Below are positions 27,069 through 41,939 of a DNA stretch of 42,107 nucleotides, in pieces. Source of the DNA: Deinococcota bacterium (GTDB lineage Bacteria > Deinococcota > Deinococci > Deinococcales > Thermaceae); NCBI GenBank assembly GCA_041695225.1, contig JBGFRI010000028.1:1-42107 (forward strand). Direction: 5' to 3'. The notes beneath the pieces are model-generated. The model worked only from the letters and a program-made list of their open reading frames with translations, was not told the DNA's origin and did not search any database. How positions within the stretch are numbered: position 1 is the first letter of the stretch; every line of letters begins with the position of its first letter. Position numbers and translations under genes: made by a program.

Positions 27069-27713
27069 TCACTGCCTGTTGAGTTTTTCCTTGTCGCTAT
27101 ACCAGCGCAGAGGATTTTCTGCGATGTAGCGGCGGCGGACGTTCAGCTCGTTCTCGTTGCGCAGGATGCGCTCGTGGTAGTTGGTCTGCCAGAAATGCCG
27201 GTCGAACGGCGCCCAGCCGAGGGACCTGACCCCGGCAATGTAGCGCCGGGTGGTTAAGGATTTGAAGCGACCCACAACATCCGCCAACCGCAACCCCGTT
27301 GGGGCAGGCCCCTGTGCCTGCCCGCTATCACCCAGCGGCCCCTGTGCCTGCCCACTATTCCCCGGCGGCAACAGTGGGTCGTCGGGGTTGAATTGGTTAG
27401 CCCGTGGGGAGTCAGGGCGGCCACGGGGGGCCGCCCCAGCGGAGGTCGTCAACAAGATAATTCCGTGAATGTGGTTTGGCATTACCACGAAGGCGTCCAC
27501 ATCCACACCGGGATAATGGTCTGGGATGGCCTCCCACACGTCCAAAACCATATCCCCAGCCGGGCTGAGGCGCACCTCACTGCCCATCACCTCGCCCAGA
27601 ATGCATCGCCTCTGGTGGACGTTGATCGTTACAAAATAAGCCCCGGCCTGCGAATAGTCGCAGCCTTTCAGTCGGATAGAACGGCGGCGGTGGCGTTCGG
27701 GGTCATAAGCCAT
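27069..27713 (-). mobile_element. REP-associated tyrosine transposase (RAYT, Y1/HUH family)
   Basis: RRRSIRLKG.DYSQAGAYFVTI, HUH motif MPNHIHGII, VGRFKS, FWQ.NYHE.ILR, YIAENP..W; ATG 27713. Confidence 0.92.
27297..27441. repeat. Inverted pair of REP-like hairpins and a 30-bp tandem repeat inside the RAYT gene
   Basis: + strand GTTG-GGGCAGGC-CCCTGT-GCCTGCCC; - strand GCTG-GGGCGGCC-CCCCGT-GGCCGCCC; 27307-27336 repeated at 27337-27366. Confidence 0.75.
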
Positions 27714-27727
27714 CGCCCAAATGATAC

Positions 27728-27757
27728 AAAAGCCCTCCCCAGTCGTGGAGAGGGTTT
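27728..27757 (-). terminator. Intrinsic terminator candidate after mmsA
   Basis: Minus strand AAACCCTCTCCA-CGAC-TGGGGAGGGCTTTT, 14 bp past the stop. Confidence 0.6.
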
Positions 27758-27771
27758 GCACATGCCCTGCC

Positions 27772-29292
<1,521 letters not shown>

Positions 29293-29354
29293 ATGCTGCC
29301 TCCTTGTTTGCGGGGGAAACTAAGGTTTGGACTGAAACGTTCCCAGATAGCCCT

Positions 29355-29398
29355 ATGGTAGGCGCCACGGCCTTCGGGTGCAATGGACAGTCTGTCTA
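29355..29398 (-). promoter_or_regulatory. mmsA promoter with an adjacent palindromic site
   Basis: Minus strand TTGCAC-N17-TACCAT; TAGACAG-A-CTGTCCA palindrome abuts the -35. Confidence 0.5.
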
Positions 29399-29425
29399 AA
29401 CCCGCCTGGAACAGGCCCATAAAAA

Positions 29426-29500
29426 GGTCGCAGGTCACAGGTCGCAGGTCAAAAGACATGAGACTTGAGACTTGAGACTTGAGACTTGAGACTTGAGACA
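29426..29500. repeat. Heptamer-repeat hairpin
   Basis: GGTCGCA GGTCACA GGTCGCA GGTC, loop AAAA, GACATGA then a run of GACTTGA units. Confidence 0.85.
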
Positions 29501-29618
29501 TTATTTTTCAGCGCCACCGGACATTTCCGCAGGCTCATGCAGACGAAATCCCCCGCCCTGCCCCTTGCAAGGAGACCGTGGTACCTGGGATGTCTGGCAG
29601 AGGCAGTCTGAGACTGCT

Positions 29619-30518
29619 CTATGCTGCTCGTTCAATGGGCAAGGTAGCACACCTGAAGGCCCCTGGAAGCCGCACAACCTCCGAGAAGTCGAGCCGGATC
29701 GCTTCAACCCCCCGGGCCTCGAGCAGCCGGGCTAGCCGGTGGCTTCGGTCCTGCACCACTACCTGACGTTCCGAAAGCGAGAGGGTGTTTATTTCCACGT
29801 TCAGGGCCTCGGAGCTGGTGGCCTCTATCAGCTCGAACTCACCTTCCAGCCAGCGCAGGCTTTTGGGGGTAAAGCTCCGGGGGTAGATCAGGGCTACTCC
29901 TGGTGCGACAATGTTGAACCGGGTATCGAGGTGAATGACGCCGCGGTGGGCAAACTCCAGCGTGACCACTTCCCGCTTTAGCCCCACCTGGGCCAGCTTG
30001 TATCGCAGGCTCTCTACCCCCTCCCGGCTGGTCTCCTCGCCCAGCCCCACCAGCACAAACCGCCGGTCTACCATTACGTCTCCGCCCTCTATGCTTCCGC
30101 GTTCGAGCCGGGCCACCCGGGAAAAGCGCGGCAGCAAGCTGCGTAGCCCCGCCAGCTCACGCTGCCGGGAGCGGCGCCTGGGGTTAGCCAGAATAAAGGT
30201 ATGGTCTATGGCAAAGCCAGTGTCGCGGGTGTAGTGCTGGGTGAGACAGTCCGCTACCCCTTCGGCCCAGAGCACCTGTACGCCCCGGGTCTGTAGCAGC
30301 TCGGCCAGGGCTAGTTGCTGTTGGCGAACCCTCTGGTAGTTGTGCAACAGCGCCCATCTGTTGTGCCGGGCCTGGTGCAGGGTAGCCAGATCGAGGCCAC
30401 CCTGGCGCAAGAACGAGCAGACCGAAAGTGGGTTGGCAAGGCACATCACCACTGTTTTGAGCCTGCCGGTCTCGCAGGGCAGGCTAACCTGGATGGGCGC
30501 AAGAGTATCGGGGGACAT
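29619..30518 (-). CDS. Amidinotransferase / dimethylarginine dimethylaminohydrolase family protein
   Basis: YTRD, IEGGD, HLDT, GAFRCATLP pentein catalytic motifs. Confidence 0.88.
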   Translation of the reverse strand: MSPDTLAPIQVSLPCETGRLKTVVMCLANPLSVCSFLRQGGLDLATLHQARHNRWALLHNYQRVRQQQLALAELLQTRGVQVLWAEGVADCLTQHYTRDTGFAIDHTFILANPRRRSRQRELAGLRSLLPRFSRVARLERGSIEGGDVMVDRRFVLVGLGEETSREGVESLRYKLAQVGLKREVVTLEFAHRGVIHLDTRFNIVAPGVALIYPRSFTPKSLRWLEGEFELIEATSSEALNVEINTLSLSERQVVVQDRSHRLARLLEARGVEAIRLDFSEVVRLPGAFRCATLPIERAA

Positions 30519-30597
30519 AGATTAATCACTCCCATCCCAGCCCATCCCAGGCCACTCCATCACCCAGTCTATGGTATGCCAGCACTTGCTGGCCGGG

Positions 30598-32097
30598 TCA
30601 GACAAAAACCCAGGCCAAGATACCTCCCAGGCCCACGTAGAGCAAGGTGATCCCCAGCGTGCGGCGCAGCACCGCGCCCTCCTGGCCCGTAAGGGCCACG
30701 GTTGCGCCTGCGGCGATGATGTTGTGCGGGCAGATGATGTTCCCAACCGCCGCGCCAAACCCCTGCGCCCCCAGCACGGCTGCCACCGGCAGCCCCAGGG
30801 TCTGGGCGGTGGCCTGCTGAAACTCACTAAACAGGATGTTGGAGGCGGTAGCCGAGCCGGTAACAAAAGTTCCCAGTACCCCCACCCAGGGGGCCAGCAG
30901 GGGCCAGGAATTGCCCAGAGTAGCGGCTGCAGCCTGGGCCAGCACCCCGATCATATCGGCGTGCACCATCAGCCTCGAGAGCCCGAGCATGGCCACCAGG
31001 GCCAGTGTCACCCCCAGCAGTCGCCTGGCGGCGTTCTGTAGGGCCAGTTGCACGTCGGCAAGGCTGGCTTTCTGCCACCAGGCAGCAGCCACAAAACTGA
31101 TCAGGAGCAGTGTTCCAGGGTGATACAGGGGGGCAAAACTTCCCTCAAACTGCCCAAAGAAGGCCCAGCTCACCTCGAGGGCCTGCAAGGCTTCGCGTAG
31201 CGACACAACCAGCCGGGTGAGCAGCACCAGCCCCACCAGCACCAGATAAGGTGCCGCAGCCCGCAGGAACAAAGCCCCCGAGACCGCGCTGGTCTGCTGG
31301 GAGCGGAATAGCCTCAAGAACCCGATAAAGACCATCCCACCCAGCAAGGCGCCCCCCAGAGTGGGCAGCTCGGGGCCCAGATACCTTGCAATCAGAAAGT
31401 AGGGCAGCAGGAAGCTTAGCCCTGCCAGGGCGGCCCAACCCCAGTCGGTGCGTTGCGGCGGGCGGCCTGTGCTCGCCGCCAGGCCCAGCAGCACAAACGG
31501 AATAATCCAGCCCAGCAGCAGGTGGTAGGGGGCGGTGGCGGCCCCGAGCTCGAGGCCAGGCAAGCCCGTAATGGCAGCCTGAGCCGCAACCGGCGTACCC
31601 ACCGCGCCAAACGAGACCCCCACCGCATGCCCCACCAGGGCCATGCTGACCGCCTGCACCGGGGCAAAACCCAGGCTAACCAGAAAAGGTGCGGCCAGGG
31701 CGGCCGAGGTGCCAAAGCCAGCAGCTCCCTCCATAAAAAGAGCAAAAAACCAGGCCACCAGCAGGACCAGTATCCGGGGGTTGTCGGAGAGCTGACCCAG
31801 GCCGCGCTGTAAAACCGCGACTGCGCCGGTGCGAAGCTGTAGCTGGTGAATGCACAGGGCCGGGAAGATGATCCACAGAATGGTGAATGCGGCGAAGCTG
31901 GCCTCCAGTGCGACCCCCAGCGAGCTAGCGGCCAGACCGGGTTCTTCTGGGGCAAAGCCAAAGCCAAACCACCCGACTGCAATCAGTACCGCTGCTCCCA
32001 CCCCGGCCAGCCCCGCCCTGGCCGCCGACCAGCGCAGAGCCAGCATCAGCAAAAGCACCAGCAGTATGGGCAGAAGGGCCGCAATAGCCAGACCCAT
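30598..32097 (-). CDS. lctP: Lactate permease (LctP family)
   Basis: FMEGAAGFGT, SFGAVGTP, GTFVTGSATASNILF, GAAVGNIICPHNII; multi-pass membrane protein. Confidence 0.93.
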   Translation of the reverse strand: MGLAIAALLPILLVLLLMLALRWSAARAGLAGVGAAVLIAVGWFGFGFAPEEPGLAASSLGVALEASFAAFTILWIIFPALCIHQLQLRTGAVAVLQRGLGQLSDNPRILVLLVAWFFALFMEGAAGFGTSAALAAPFLVSLGFAPVQAVSMALVGHAVGVSFGAVGTPVAAQAAITGLPGLELGAATAPYHLLLGWIIPFVLLGLAASTGRPPQRTDWGWAALAGLSFLLPYFLIARYLGPELPTLGGALLGGMVFIGFLRLFRSQQTSAVSGALFLRAAAPYLVLVGLVLLTRLVVSLREALQALEVSWAFFGQFEGSFAPLYHPGTLLLISFVAAAWWQKASLADVQLALQNAARRLLGVTLALVAMLGLSRLMVHADMIGVLAQAAAATLGNSWPLLAPWVGVLGTFVTGSATASNILFSEFQQATAQTLGLPVAAVLGAQGFGAAVGNIICPHNIIAAGATVALTGQEGAVLRRTLGITLLYVGLGGILAWVFV

Positions 32098-32346
32098 CCT
32101 CAGTTCCCCAGCTTTCCAACCGATACAGTGGCCAGACTCATCCTTAGCTCCCCAGTTTTTCTACTGATGTAATGGTCAGACCGATCCTCAAGATGCCCCG
32201 CTTCTCTACCGATGCACTGGCCAGATTCATACTCAGGCGCCCAGTTTCTCTACCGATGTCATGGACTGAACCATCCTCAGATGCCCAGTTTTTCTACCAA
32301 TACAATGAGCGGAACCATCCTCAACTGCCCAGTTTCTCTACCGATA
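32082..32346 (-). repeat. Six tandem 44-bp units (one is 45 bp) copying the ldhA-stop/lctP-start junction and encoding linked mini-ORFs
   Basis: Units begin at 32082, 32126, 32170, 32215, 32259, 32303; minus-strand pattern TCGGTAGAGAAACTGGGC-NNN-TGA-GG-ATG. Confidence 0.93.
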
Positions 32347-33322
32347 CCACAAACATCTCGCCCTGGCCAGTTTCAAAAGCGGTGATGTTGGCAATGGTGG
32401 TGCGGGCAATGTTGGTTACTGCTTCCTGGGTAAAGAAACCCTGATGCCCGGTAACCAGGACGTTGGGGAAGGTTAGCAGGCGCGAGAACAGGTCGTCCTG
32501 GATGACCTGGTTCGAGAGGTCCTGGAAAAACAGGTCGCCCTCTTCCTCGTAAACGTCGAGGCCCAGATAGCCAATGCGGCCATCTTTGAGGCCCTCGATG
32601 ACTGCGCGGGTGTCTACCAGGGCGCCCCGGCTGGTGTTGATCAGCATCACCCCTGGCTTCATCTGGGCCACGCTGGCATCGTTAATCAGATAGTGGGTGC
32701 TGGGGGTTAGCGGACAGTGTAGCGAGATCACATCCGACTCGGCCAGCAGGGTCTCGAAGGGGACATACTGCACCAGATGCTCGAGGCTGGGGCTGGGGTA
32801 GGGGTCATAGGCCAGCAGCCGGCACCCAAAGCCCGACATGATCTGGGCGAAGACGGCCCCGATCTTCCCGGTGCCCACAATACCGATGGTCTTGCCATGC
32901 AGATCGAAGCCCAGCAGGCCCTCGAGGGCAAAATTGCCCTCGCGCACGCGGTTATAGGCCCGGTGAATTTTGCGGTTGAGGGCCAGGATCAGCGCCAGGG
33001 TGTGCTCGGCTACGGCGTAGGGGGAGTAGGCCGGAACCCGCGCTACCGTAAGCCCTAGCTCCTGCGCGGCTAGCAGATCTACATGATTGAAGCCTGCCGA
33101 GCGCAGGGCAATCAGGCGCACCCCGCCTTGATGCAAAAGCTCGAGCACCGGGCGGCTCAGGTCGTCGTTGACAAAAGCGCATACCGCTAGAGAGCCCAGG
33201 GCTAGCCTGGAGGTCGCGGGGGATAGCCGGGTCTCGAAGAAGACCAGCTGATGCTGGCTGGCATTGGCCTGGTTCAGATAAAGCTCGTCGTGTGGGCGGG
33301 TGCTAAAGACTGCAACTCTCAT
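32321..33322 (-). CDS. ldhA: NAD-dependent D-lactate dehydrogenase (D-2-hydroxyacid dehydrogenase family)
   Basis: [54 protein letters not shown]. Confidence 0.93.
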   Translation of the reverse strand: MRVAVFSTRPHDELYLNQANASQHQLVFFETRLSPATSRLALGSLAVCAFVNDDLSRPVLELLHQGGVRLIALRSAGFNHVDLLAAQELGLTVARVPAYSPYAVAEHTLALILALNRKIHRAYNRVREGNFALEGLLGFDLHGKTIGIVGTGKIGAVFAQIMSGFGCRLLAYDPYPSPSLEHLVQYVPFETLLAESDVISLHCPLTPSTHYLINDASVAQMKPGVMLINTSRGALVDTRAVIEGLKDGRIGYLGLDVYEEEGDLFFQDLSNQVIQDDLFSRLLTFPNVLVTGHQGFFTQEAVTNIARTTIANITAFETGQGEMFVVSVEKLGS

Positions 33323-33378
33323 CGGGCTTACCTCTTTAGACTAAGAGCGTACCTTCGCGGCAGGCTGGTGGAGACGAA

Positions 33379-35817
<2,439 letters not shown>

Positions 35818-35898
35818 CTGACCTCCTTGCCGATTAATTGTCAGAACCCAGATCCCGACTGAAAAGCGGTCGGTACCAGTTCCAGCCTAGCGCAGGGC

Positions 35899-35916
35899 CG
35901 GGACCAAAATGTCCCG
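35899..35916. promoter_or_regulatory. Palindromic site upstream of ppsA
   Basis: CGGGAC-CAAAAT-GTCCCG with perfect 6-bp arms, about 80 bp upstream of the start. Confidence 0.3.
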
Positions 35917-35975
35917 AACCCTCACTAAACCAAGCCCTGGGCGGGTACCACACCTCGGTGTAGCCCCTTTGTAGG

Positions 35976-36581
35976 CTACAGCCCAGGCTTTGAGCTCTTG
36001 TTGCCCTTGGGCTTGGTTGGCAGGGGGCCAGGCTCACGGTTCCAGTCACCCAGGTGCCTGAGGATGATCGGAACGGCCAGTGCAAAGCCAAACCACAGAT
36101 AGTTGAAGCCGCCCCCCACCACGCTGGCTGCCGTCGGGAAGGCCAGCGCCGCCAGCATAACGCTGCGATAGCGGTTGCGGGTAAGCAGGAAAGCAAACAC
36201 AAAAAACCCGGCAACTATGGGCAAGAACAGGGGATTAACTGCAAAAAGCACCCCGACAGCGGTAGCAAGTCCTTTGCCCCCGCGCCCCAGTAGCCAGATC
36301 GAGTAACAGTGCCCAATCACAGCCATAGCGCCAGCCAGCAGCGCGCCATTCGGGTCACCCACCAGGAAATTGCCCAGTGCTGCTGCCATGATACCCTTGG
36401 CTACATCCAGTATCATCACCATCAGCCCCGGAACAGCCCCTAGCACCCGCCAGGCATTGGTTGCGCCCACATTACCCGAACCCTCGGCCAGCAGGTTCTT
36501 GTTCTGCAGCAGCCCAAACCAGTAAGCAAAAGGCAAAGAGCCAAAGGCGTAGCCGATTAGGGCGGCGTAAACCCACTCCAT
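35976..36581 (-). CDS. plsY: Glycerol-3-phosphate acyltransferase PlsY family
   Basis: GYAFGSLP, GSGNVGATNAWR, LDVAKG, GHCYS, GGKGLAT; ATG 36581. Confidence 0.92.
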   Translation of the reverse strand: MEWVYAALIGYAFGSLPFAYWFGLLQNKNLLAEGSGNVGATNAWRVLGAVPGLMVMILDVAKGIMAAALGNFLVGDPNGALLAGAMAVIGHCYSIWLLGRGGKGLATAVGVLFAVNPLFLPIVAGFFVFAFLLTRNRYRSVMLAALAFPTAASVVGGGFNYLWFGFALAVPIILRHLGDWNREPGPLPTKPKGNKSSKPGL

Positions 36582-36661
36582 ACACCCCAGACTACCAGAA
36601 GGCGGCTGCACAGCCGCAGCCGGGAACCTGAACGTTTATACACCTGGTGATTAATACAAGA

Positions 36662-36724
36662 TGTCTCAGGTCGCAAGTCGCAAGTCGTAAGCCAAGAAAG
36701 ACCTGTGACCTGAGACCTGCGACA
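36662..36724. repeat. Heptamer-repeat hairpin
   Basis: TGTCTCA GGTCGCA AGTCGCA AGTCGTA AGCC ... GACCTGT GACCTGA GACCTGC GACA. Confidence 0.8.
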
Positions 36725-36747
36725 TTTTTACTGGGCTAAGCCTCAGG

Positions 36748-36772
36748 GCCTGTCCTGAGCCTGTAGACTGGG
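36748..36772. repeat. Degenerate REP-like element of the GTCCTGAGCCTGTCGAAGGG type
   Basis: GCCTGTCCTGAGCCTGTAGACTGGG; family assignment from recall only. Confidence 0.4.
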
Positions 36773-36966
36773 CGGTTGACGGGGCACAAAGACGACGAAA
36801 ACCACTCTTGCAGTCATTCTGTGGGTACCCTTGCCAAGGGGTGACTACGTTTCGAGCAGCACAGCGCATGGGGGATTTGCTTTGACAGACTCAGCAGGAC
36901 AAAGGCTTTGCGGAGTAGTCTGACCATGGTTTAGGCCAAAAAACCCTCGCCTAAGAGAGAATCGCC

Positions 36967-37001
36967 TTGACTCAACCTGGGGGGTCTCGTATACTTATGC
37001 G
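36967..37001 (+). promoter_or_regulatory. arg operon promoter with an overlapping ARG-box-like site
   Basis: TTGACT (36967)-N17-TATACT (36990); near-palindrome CGTATACTTATGCG over the -10 resembles the ArgR box TGCATAnTTATGCA. Confidence 0.75.
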
Positions 37002-37094
37002 GTGTGCCGTGACCAGACCGATGGTTGTTTTCAATGCAATTTGGCTGTACCGTATGGCTTTGGGTGGGGTTTGTTGCTGCCCAGAGGTGAATGA

Positions 37095-38288
<1,194 letters not shown>

Positions 38289-38508
38289 CAGGTGGATTGG
38301 TGATGCCAGGCATGGGGCAGAATACCAGTGCGGCGCTGCCAGACCGCAGGAAGCCTGGGGTGCTCTGGTGAACTACACCAACCTGGCCAGCCTGGCCTCC
38401 TTCATATCGCCGCCCAAAAAGGAGGGCACCTTGCCCCATTTGACCCCTTTTGCCAGGCGCGCAATCCTGGCCTTATGCCTCGAGCTCACCCCCTATGCCC
38501 CCCAAAGC

Positions 38509-38589
38509 AAACTGGCTATTTCCACCCCCTTGCATAAGCTCGCTATGTTTATCCCCTTTGATATGCTCGCTTTTCTTAGCCCCCGCAAT
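38509..38589 (+). repeat. Degenerate 27-bp tandem repeat x3 upstream of argH
   Basis: AAACTGGCTATTTCCACCCCCTTGCAT / AAGCTCGCTATGTTTATCCCCTTTGAT / ATGCTCGCTTTTCTTAGCCCCCGCAAT. Confidence 0.6.
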
Positions 38590-38609
38590 AAGGGGGGCAT
38601 GGGGGATCG

Positions 38610-40004
38610 GTGAGCCAGCAGCCAGCCCAGCCCACCTGGGGAGGCCGCTTCAGCCAGGCCCCCAGTAAAATTGCTCAGGAGTTCAACTCGTCCTTGAGCT
38701 TCGACAGGCGACTCGCTCTGGTGGACATCCAGGGCTCGCTGGCCCATGCTGCCATGCTGGCCCAGCAGGGCATCATCTCGGCCGAAGATGAAGCCCAGAT
38801 TCGCCAGGGCCTGCTAGCCGTGCAGCAGGAAGTGCTGGACGGTACCTTCCCCTGGCGACAAGAGCTGGAAGACGTGCACATGAACCTCGAGGCCCGCCTA
38901 ACCGAGCTAATTGGGCCAGCCGGGGGCCGGCTGCATACCGCCCGCAGCCGCAACGACCAGGTAGCTACCGACCTGCGCCTGTGGCTCCGGGCCGAGCTGA
39001 GCGCTACCCTGGCCGAGCAGAAGGCATTACGCAAGGCGCTGGTGCAAGAGGCCCAGAAATACCTGGACCCACCCCTGATCCTCCCCGGCTATACCCACCT
39101 GCAACGGGCCATGCCGGTACTCTTGTCGCACTGGTTTCTGGCCTACTACGAGATGATCTCGCGCGACGCCGGCCGGGTGCAGGATGCCCTGGCCCGGCTC
39201 AACGAGTCTCCCCTGGGGGCCGCCGCGCTGGCCGGCACCGGCTTCCCCATAGACCGCCAGGCTACCGCCAAAGCCCTGGGCTTTGCCCGCCCCATGCGCA
39301 ACTCGATGGACGCGGTGGGCTCGCGCGATTTCGTGCTGGAGGCCTTGTCGGCCCTGACCATCGGGCAGATCACCCTTTCGCGACTGGCCGAGGAGATTAT
39401 CCTCTACACCACCCTCGAGTTTGGTTTCGCTACCCTGCCCGATGCCTTTTCGACTGGCTCCTCGATCATGCCGCAGAAAAAAAATGCCGACCACGCCGAG
39501 CTGATCAGAGCCAAGGCGGGGCGGGTGCTGGGCAGCTTTGTCACCCTGGCCACCCTGACCAAGGGCCTGCCCCTCACCTACAACAAAGACCTGCAGGAAG
39601 ACAAAGAACCCCTTTTCGACGCCTGTGATACCTACCGGGCCTCGGTCAGACTGCTGACTGCGATGCTGCCGGGTTTGCACTGGAACCCCCAGGTAATGTT
39701 TAAGGCCGCCGAGTCGGGCTATGCGCTGGCCACCGAGCTGGCCGACTATCTGGCCGAGCGTGGCCTGCCCTTCCGCGAGGCCCACCACGTAGTAGGGCGT
39801 GTCGTGCGATACTGCGCAGATAACAACAAAGAGCTGCGCGACCTGAGCCTGAGTGAGTTGCAGGGTTTTCACCCACTCTTCGACGCCGTGGCACTCGAGC
39901 TCACCCAGCTAGAGACCGCCATTCACCGGCGACGAAGCTATGGCGGAACCGCACCGGAAGCCGTGAGAGAAGCCGTTAAGGTAGCCAAATCGGAAGTTGA
40001 TTGA
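38610..40004 (+). CDS. argH: Argininosuccinate lyase
   Basis: [51 protein letters not shown]. Confidence 0.99.
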   Translation: MSQQPAQPTWGGRFSQAPSKIAQEFNSSLSFDRRLALVDIQGSLAHAAMLAQQGIISAEDEAQIRQGLLAVQQEVLDGTFPWRQELEDVHMNLEARLTELIGPAGGRLHTARSRNDQVATDLRLWLRAELSATLAEQKALRKALVQEAQKYLDPPLILPGYTHLQRAMPVLLSHWFLAYYEMISRDAGRVQDALARLNESPLGAAALAGTGFPIDRQATAKALGFARPMRNSMDAVGSRDFVLEALSALTIGQITLSRLAEEIILYTTLEFGFATLPDAFSTGSSIMPQKKNADHAELIRAKAGRVLGSFVTLATLTKGLPLTYNKDLQEDKEPLFDACDTYRASVRLLTAMLPGLHWNPQVMFKAAESGYALATELADYLAERGLPFREAHHVVGRVVRYCADNNKELRDLSLSELQGFHPLFDAVALELTQLETAIHRRRSYGGTAPEAVREAVKVAKSEVD

Positions 40005-40109
40005 GGTCGAAGGTCTAATGTCGAAGGTCAAAACACAATACCATTGTCATTCCGAGGTCACCGGTCTGTGGCTAACCATCCGGCAAATCATCCAAACCCG
40101 AGGAATCTC
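40003..40109. repeat. Heptamer repeat followed by a TGTCATTCCGAG...CGAGGAATCT REP-like element
   Basis: GAGGTCG AAGGTCT AATGTCG AAGGTCA; TGTCATTCCGAGG at 40045 and CCGAGGAATCTC ending at 40109. Confidence 0.55.
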
Positions 40110-40178
40110 GTACTGCGTACACTTGCCCATACATCGTAGTCAGAACCGCAATCAGCTGGAGTTAAATAGAGGTGTCCA

Positions 40179-40724
40179 ATGAGCAGCGTGATCGAACTGG
40201 GAACCACCGTCCTGCCGCAGGTGAGGTGGGACGCCAACGTGGAGCTGCGCAAGGCCCGCATGAAGGATGTGGAGCAGATCTACACCCTGATCAAGTACTG
40301 GGCCGAGCGCGGCCTGATGCTGGTGCGTAGCCACGAGCACCTCTACGAAAACCTGCGCGATTTCTTTGTGCTAGAAGACCAGGACGGGCACATTGTAGGC
40401 TGCGGCGCTCTGCACATACTCTGGCACGATATTGCCGAAGTGCGCGGCCTGGCCGTGCATCCTGAGCGCCAGGGCCAGGGCCTGGGCCGCTGGATAGCGC
40501 TGGCTGCCGAACGTGAGGCCAAAGACCTGGGCATTCCACAAATTTTTGCCTGGACCCTCCAGGTCAGGTTCTTTACCAGCCTGGGCTACCAGGCCACCAC
40601 CCGCGAAGCCCTGCCTCCCAAGGTGTTCGACGAGTGCAGCGCCTGCCCTTTTTACCACAACTGTCGCGAGATTGGGGTGACCAAGGTTCTCAACCCGGAC
40701 GAGGCCTACGGCCAGACCGCTTGA
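40179..40724 (+). CDS. GNAT acetyltransferase, short N-acetylglutamate synthase (ArgA-like)
   Basis: LYENLRDFFV, GCGALH, AEVRGLAVHP..QGQGLG, LPPKVFDECSACPF..C.E; located in the arg cluster. Confidence 0.88.
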   Translation: MSSVIELGTTVLPQVRWDANVELRKARMKDVEQIYTLIKYWAERGLMLVRSHEHLYENLRDFFVLEDQDGHIVGCGALHILWHDIAEVRGLAVHPERQGQGLGRWIALAAEREAKDLGIPQIFAWTLQVRFFTSLGYQATTREALPPKVFDECSACPFYHNCREIGVTKVLNPDEAYGQTA

Positions 40725-40736
40725 TAGGATTGAACC

Positions 40737-41903
40737 ATGAGAGAACGCGCCGTGCTGGTACTCGAGGATGGAACCACTTACCCCGGCTACGCCTTTGGAC
40801 ACCGTGGCCAGAACGTGGGTGAGGTGGTCTTTAATACCGCTCAGACTGGCTACCAGGAAATTCTGACCGACCCCAGCTACCACGGGCAGATTGTGGTGAT
40901 GACCTACCCGCACCAGGGCAACTATGGGGTGAATGTCTTTGACATGGAGAGTAACCGCCCCTGGGTGCGCGGGTTTGTGGCGCGGGAGTTCAGCAAGTAC
41001 ACCGCCGGCCCCCGCGCCCAACAGAGCCTCGAGGAGTTCATGCGCGAGACCGGCGTAATTGGCCTGGAAGGCATAGATACCCGCGCCCTGGTGCGCAAAA
41101 TCCGCCAGGGAGGGGTGCTCAAAGGAGTGGTTGCCCACGCCAGTCAGTTTGGCGGGCCAGGCTACCGCTTCACCCCAGCAGATACCGAGGCCCTGCGTGA
41201 AGAAGCCCGCCGCTGGACCGACATTGACGGGCGCGACATGACCCCCGAGGTCACCACCCCGCTGCCCTACCAGTTCCCCACCTTCAAGGGCAGGCGCCGG
41301 GTAGTGGTGATGGACTTTGGTATCAAGCACGCCCAGATGCGCTACATGGCCGAGATGGGCTGCGAGCTGATTGTGGTGCCCGGCAAGACCAGCCCGGCGC
41401 AGATTATGGCCCTCGAGCCCCACGGCCTGTTTGTCTCTAATGGCCCCGGCGACCCCGGCATGCCCCGCTACGCCCACCAGACCCTCTGGAAGCTGATGGG
41501 CCTCCTGCCCACCTTTGGCATCTGCCTGGGCCATCAGCTGCTGGGCCTGGCGGCCGGCGGGCGCACCTTCAAGCTCAAGTTCGGGCACCGGGGGGCCAAC
41601 CACCCGGTCAAAAATCTGCTCACCGGCAAGATCGAGATTACCAGCCAGAACCACGGCTACGCCGTTGATCCAGACAGCCTGAGCGAGTTCAAACCCACCC
41701 ACATCAACCTAAACGACGGTACTCTGGAAGGCATGGCCCACCTGCGCTACCCCGTCTTCAGCGTGCAGTACCACCCCGAGGCCTGCCCCGGTCCCCACGA
41801 CTCGCTTTACCTGTTCCACCGATTCTTAGAAGAGGTGGATGCCTTCAACGGACTGTCCGGGACGCCGGTAGAGAAGCAGCGGGTGGGGAATTTGGGAGTC
41901 TGA
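40737..41903 (+). CDS. carA: Carbamoyl-phosphate synthase small subunit
   Basis: [48 protein letters not shown]. Confidence 0.99.
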   Translation: MRERAVLVLEDGTTYPGYAFGHRGQNVGEVVFNTAQTGYQEILTDPSYHGQIVVMTYPHQGNYGVNVFDMESNRPWVRGFVAREFSKYTAGPRAQQSLEEFMRETGVIGLEGIDTRALVRKIRQGGVLKGVVAHASQFGGPGYRFTPADTEALREEARRWTDIDGRDMTPEVTTPLPYQFPTFKGRRRVVVMDFGIKHAQMRYMAEMGCELIVVPGKTSPAQIMALEPHGLFVSNGPGDPGMPRYAHQTLWKLMGLLPTFGICLGHQLLGLAAGGRTFKLKFGHRGANHPVKNLLTGKIEITSQNHGYAVDPDSLSEFKPTHINLNDGTLEGMAHLRYPVFSVQYHPEACPGPHDSLYLFHRFLEEVDAFNGLSGTPVEKQRVGNLGV

Positions 41904-41939
41904 CCAGCAGTTTCGCGGCATGCCTAATCACCCTCATCC

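Noticed and set aside
30531..30550. CCCATCCCAG x2
   Set aside because: A 10-bp duplication in GC-rich spacer DNA; not informative
32082..32346. 44-bp array as a CRISPR array
   Set aside because: Units are homologous along their whole length with no unique spacers, both ends merge into coding sequence, and no cas genes are present
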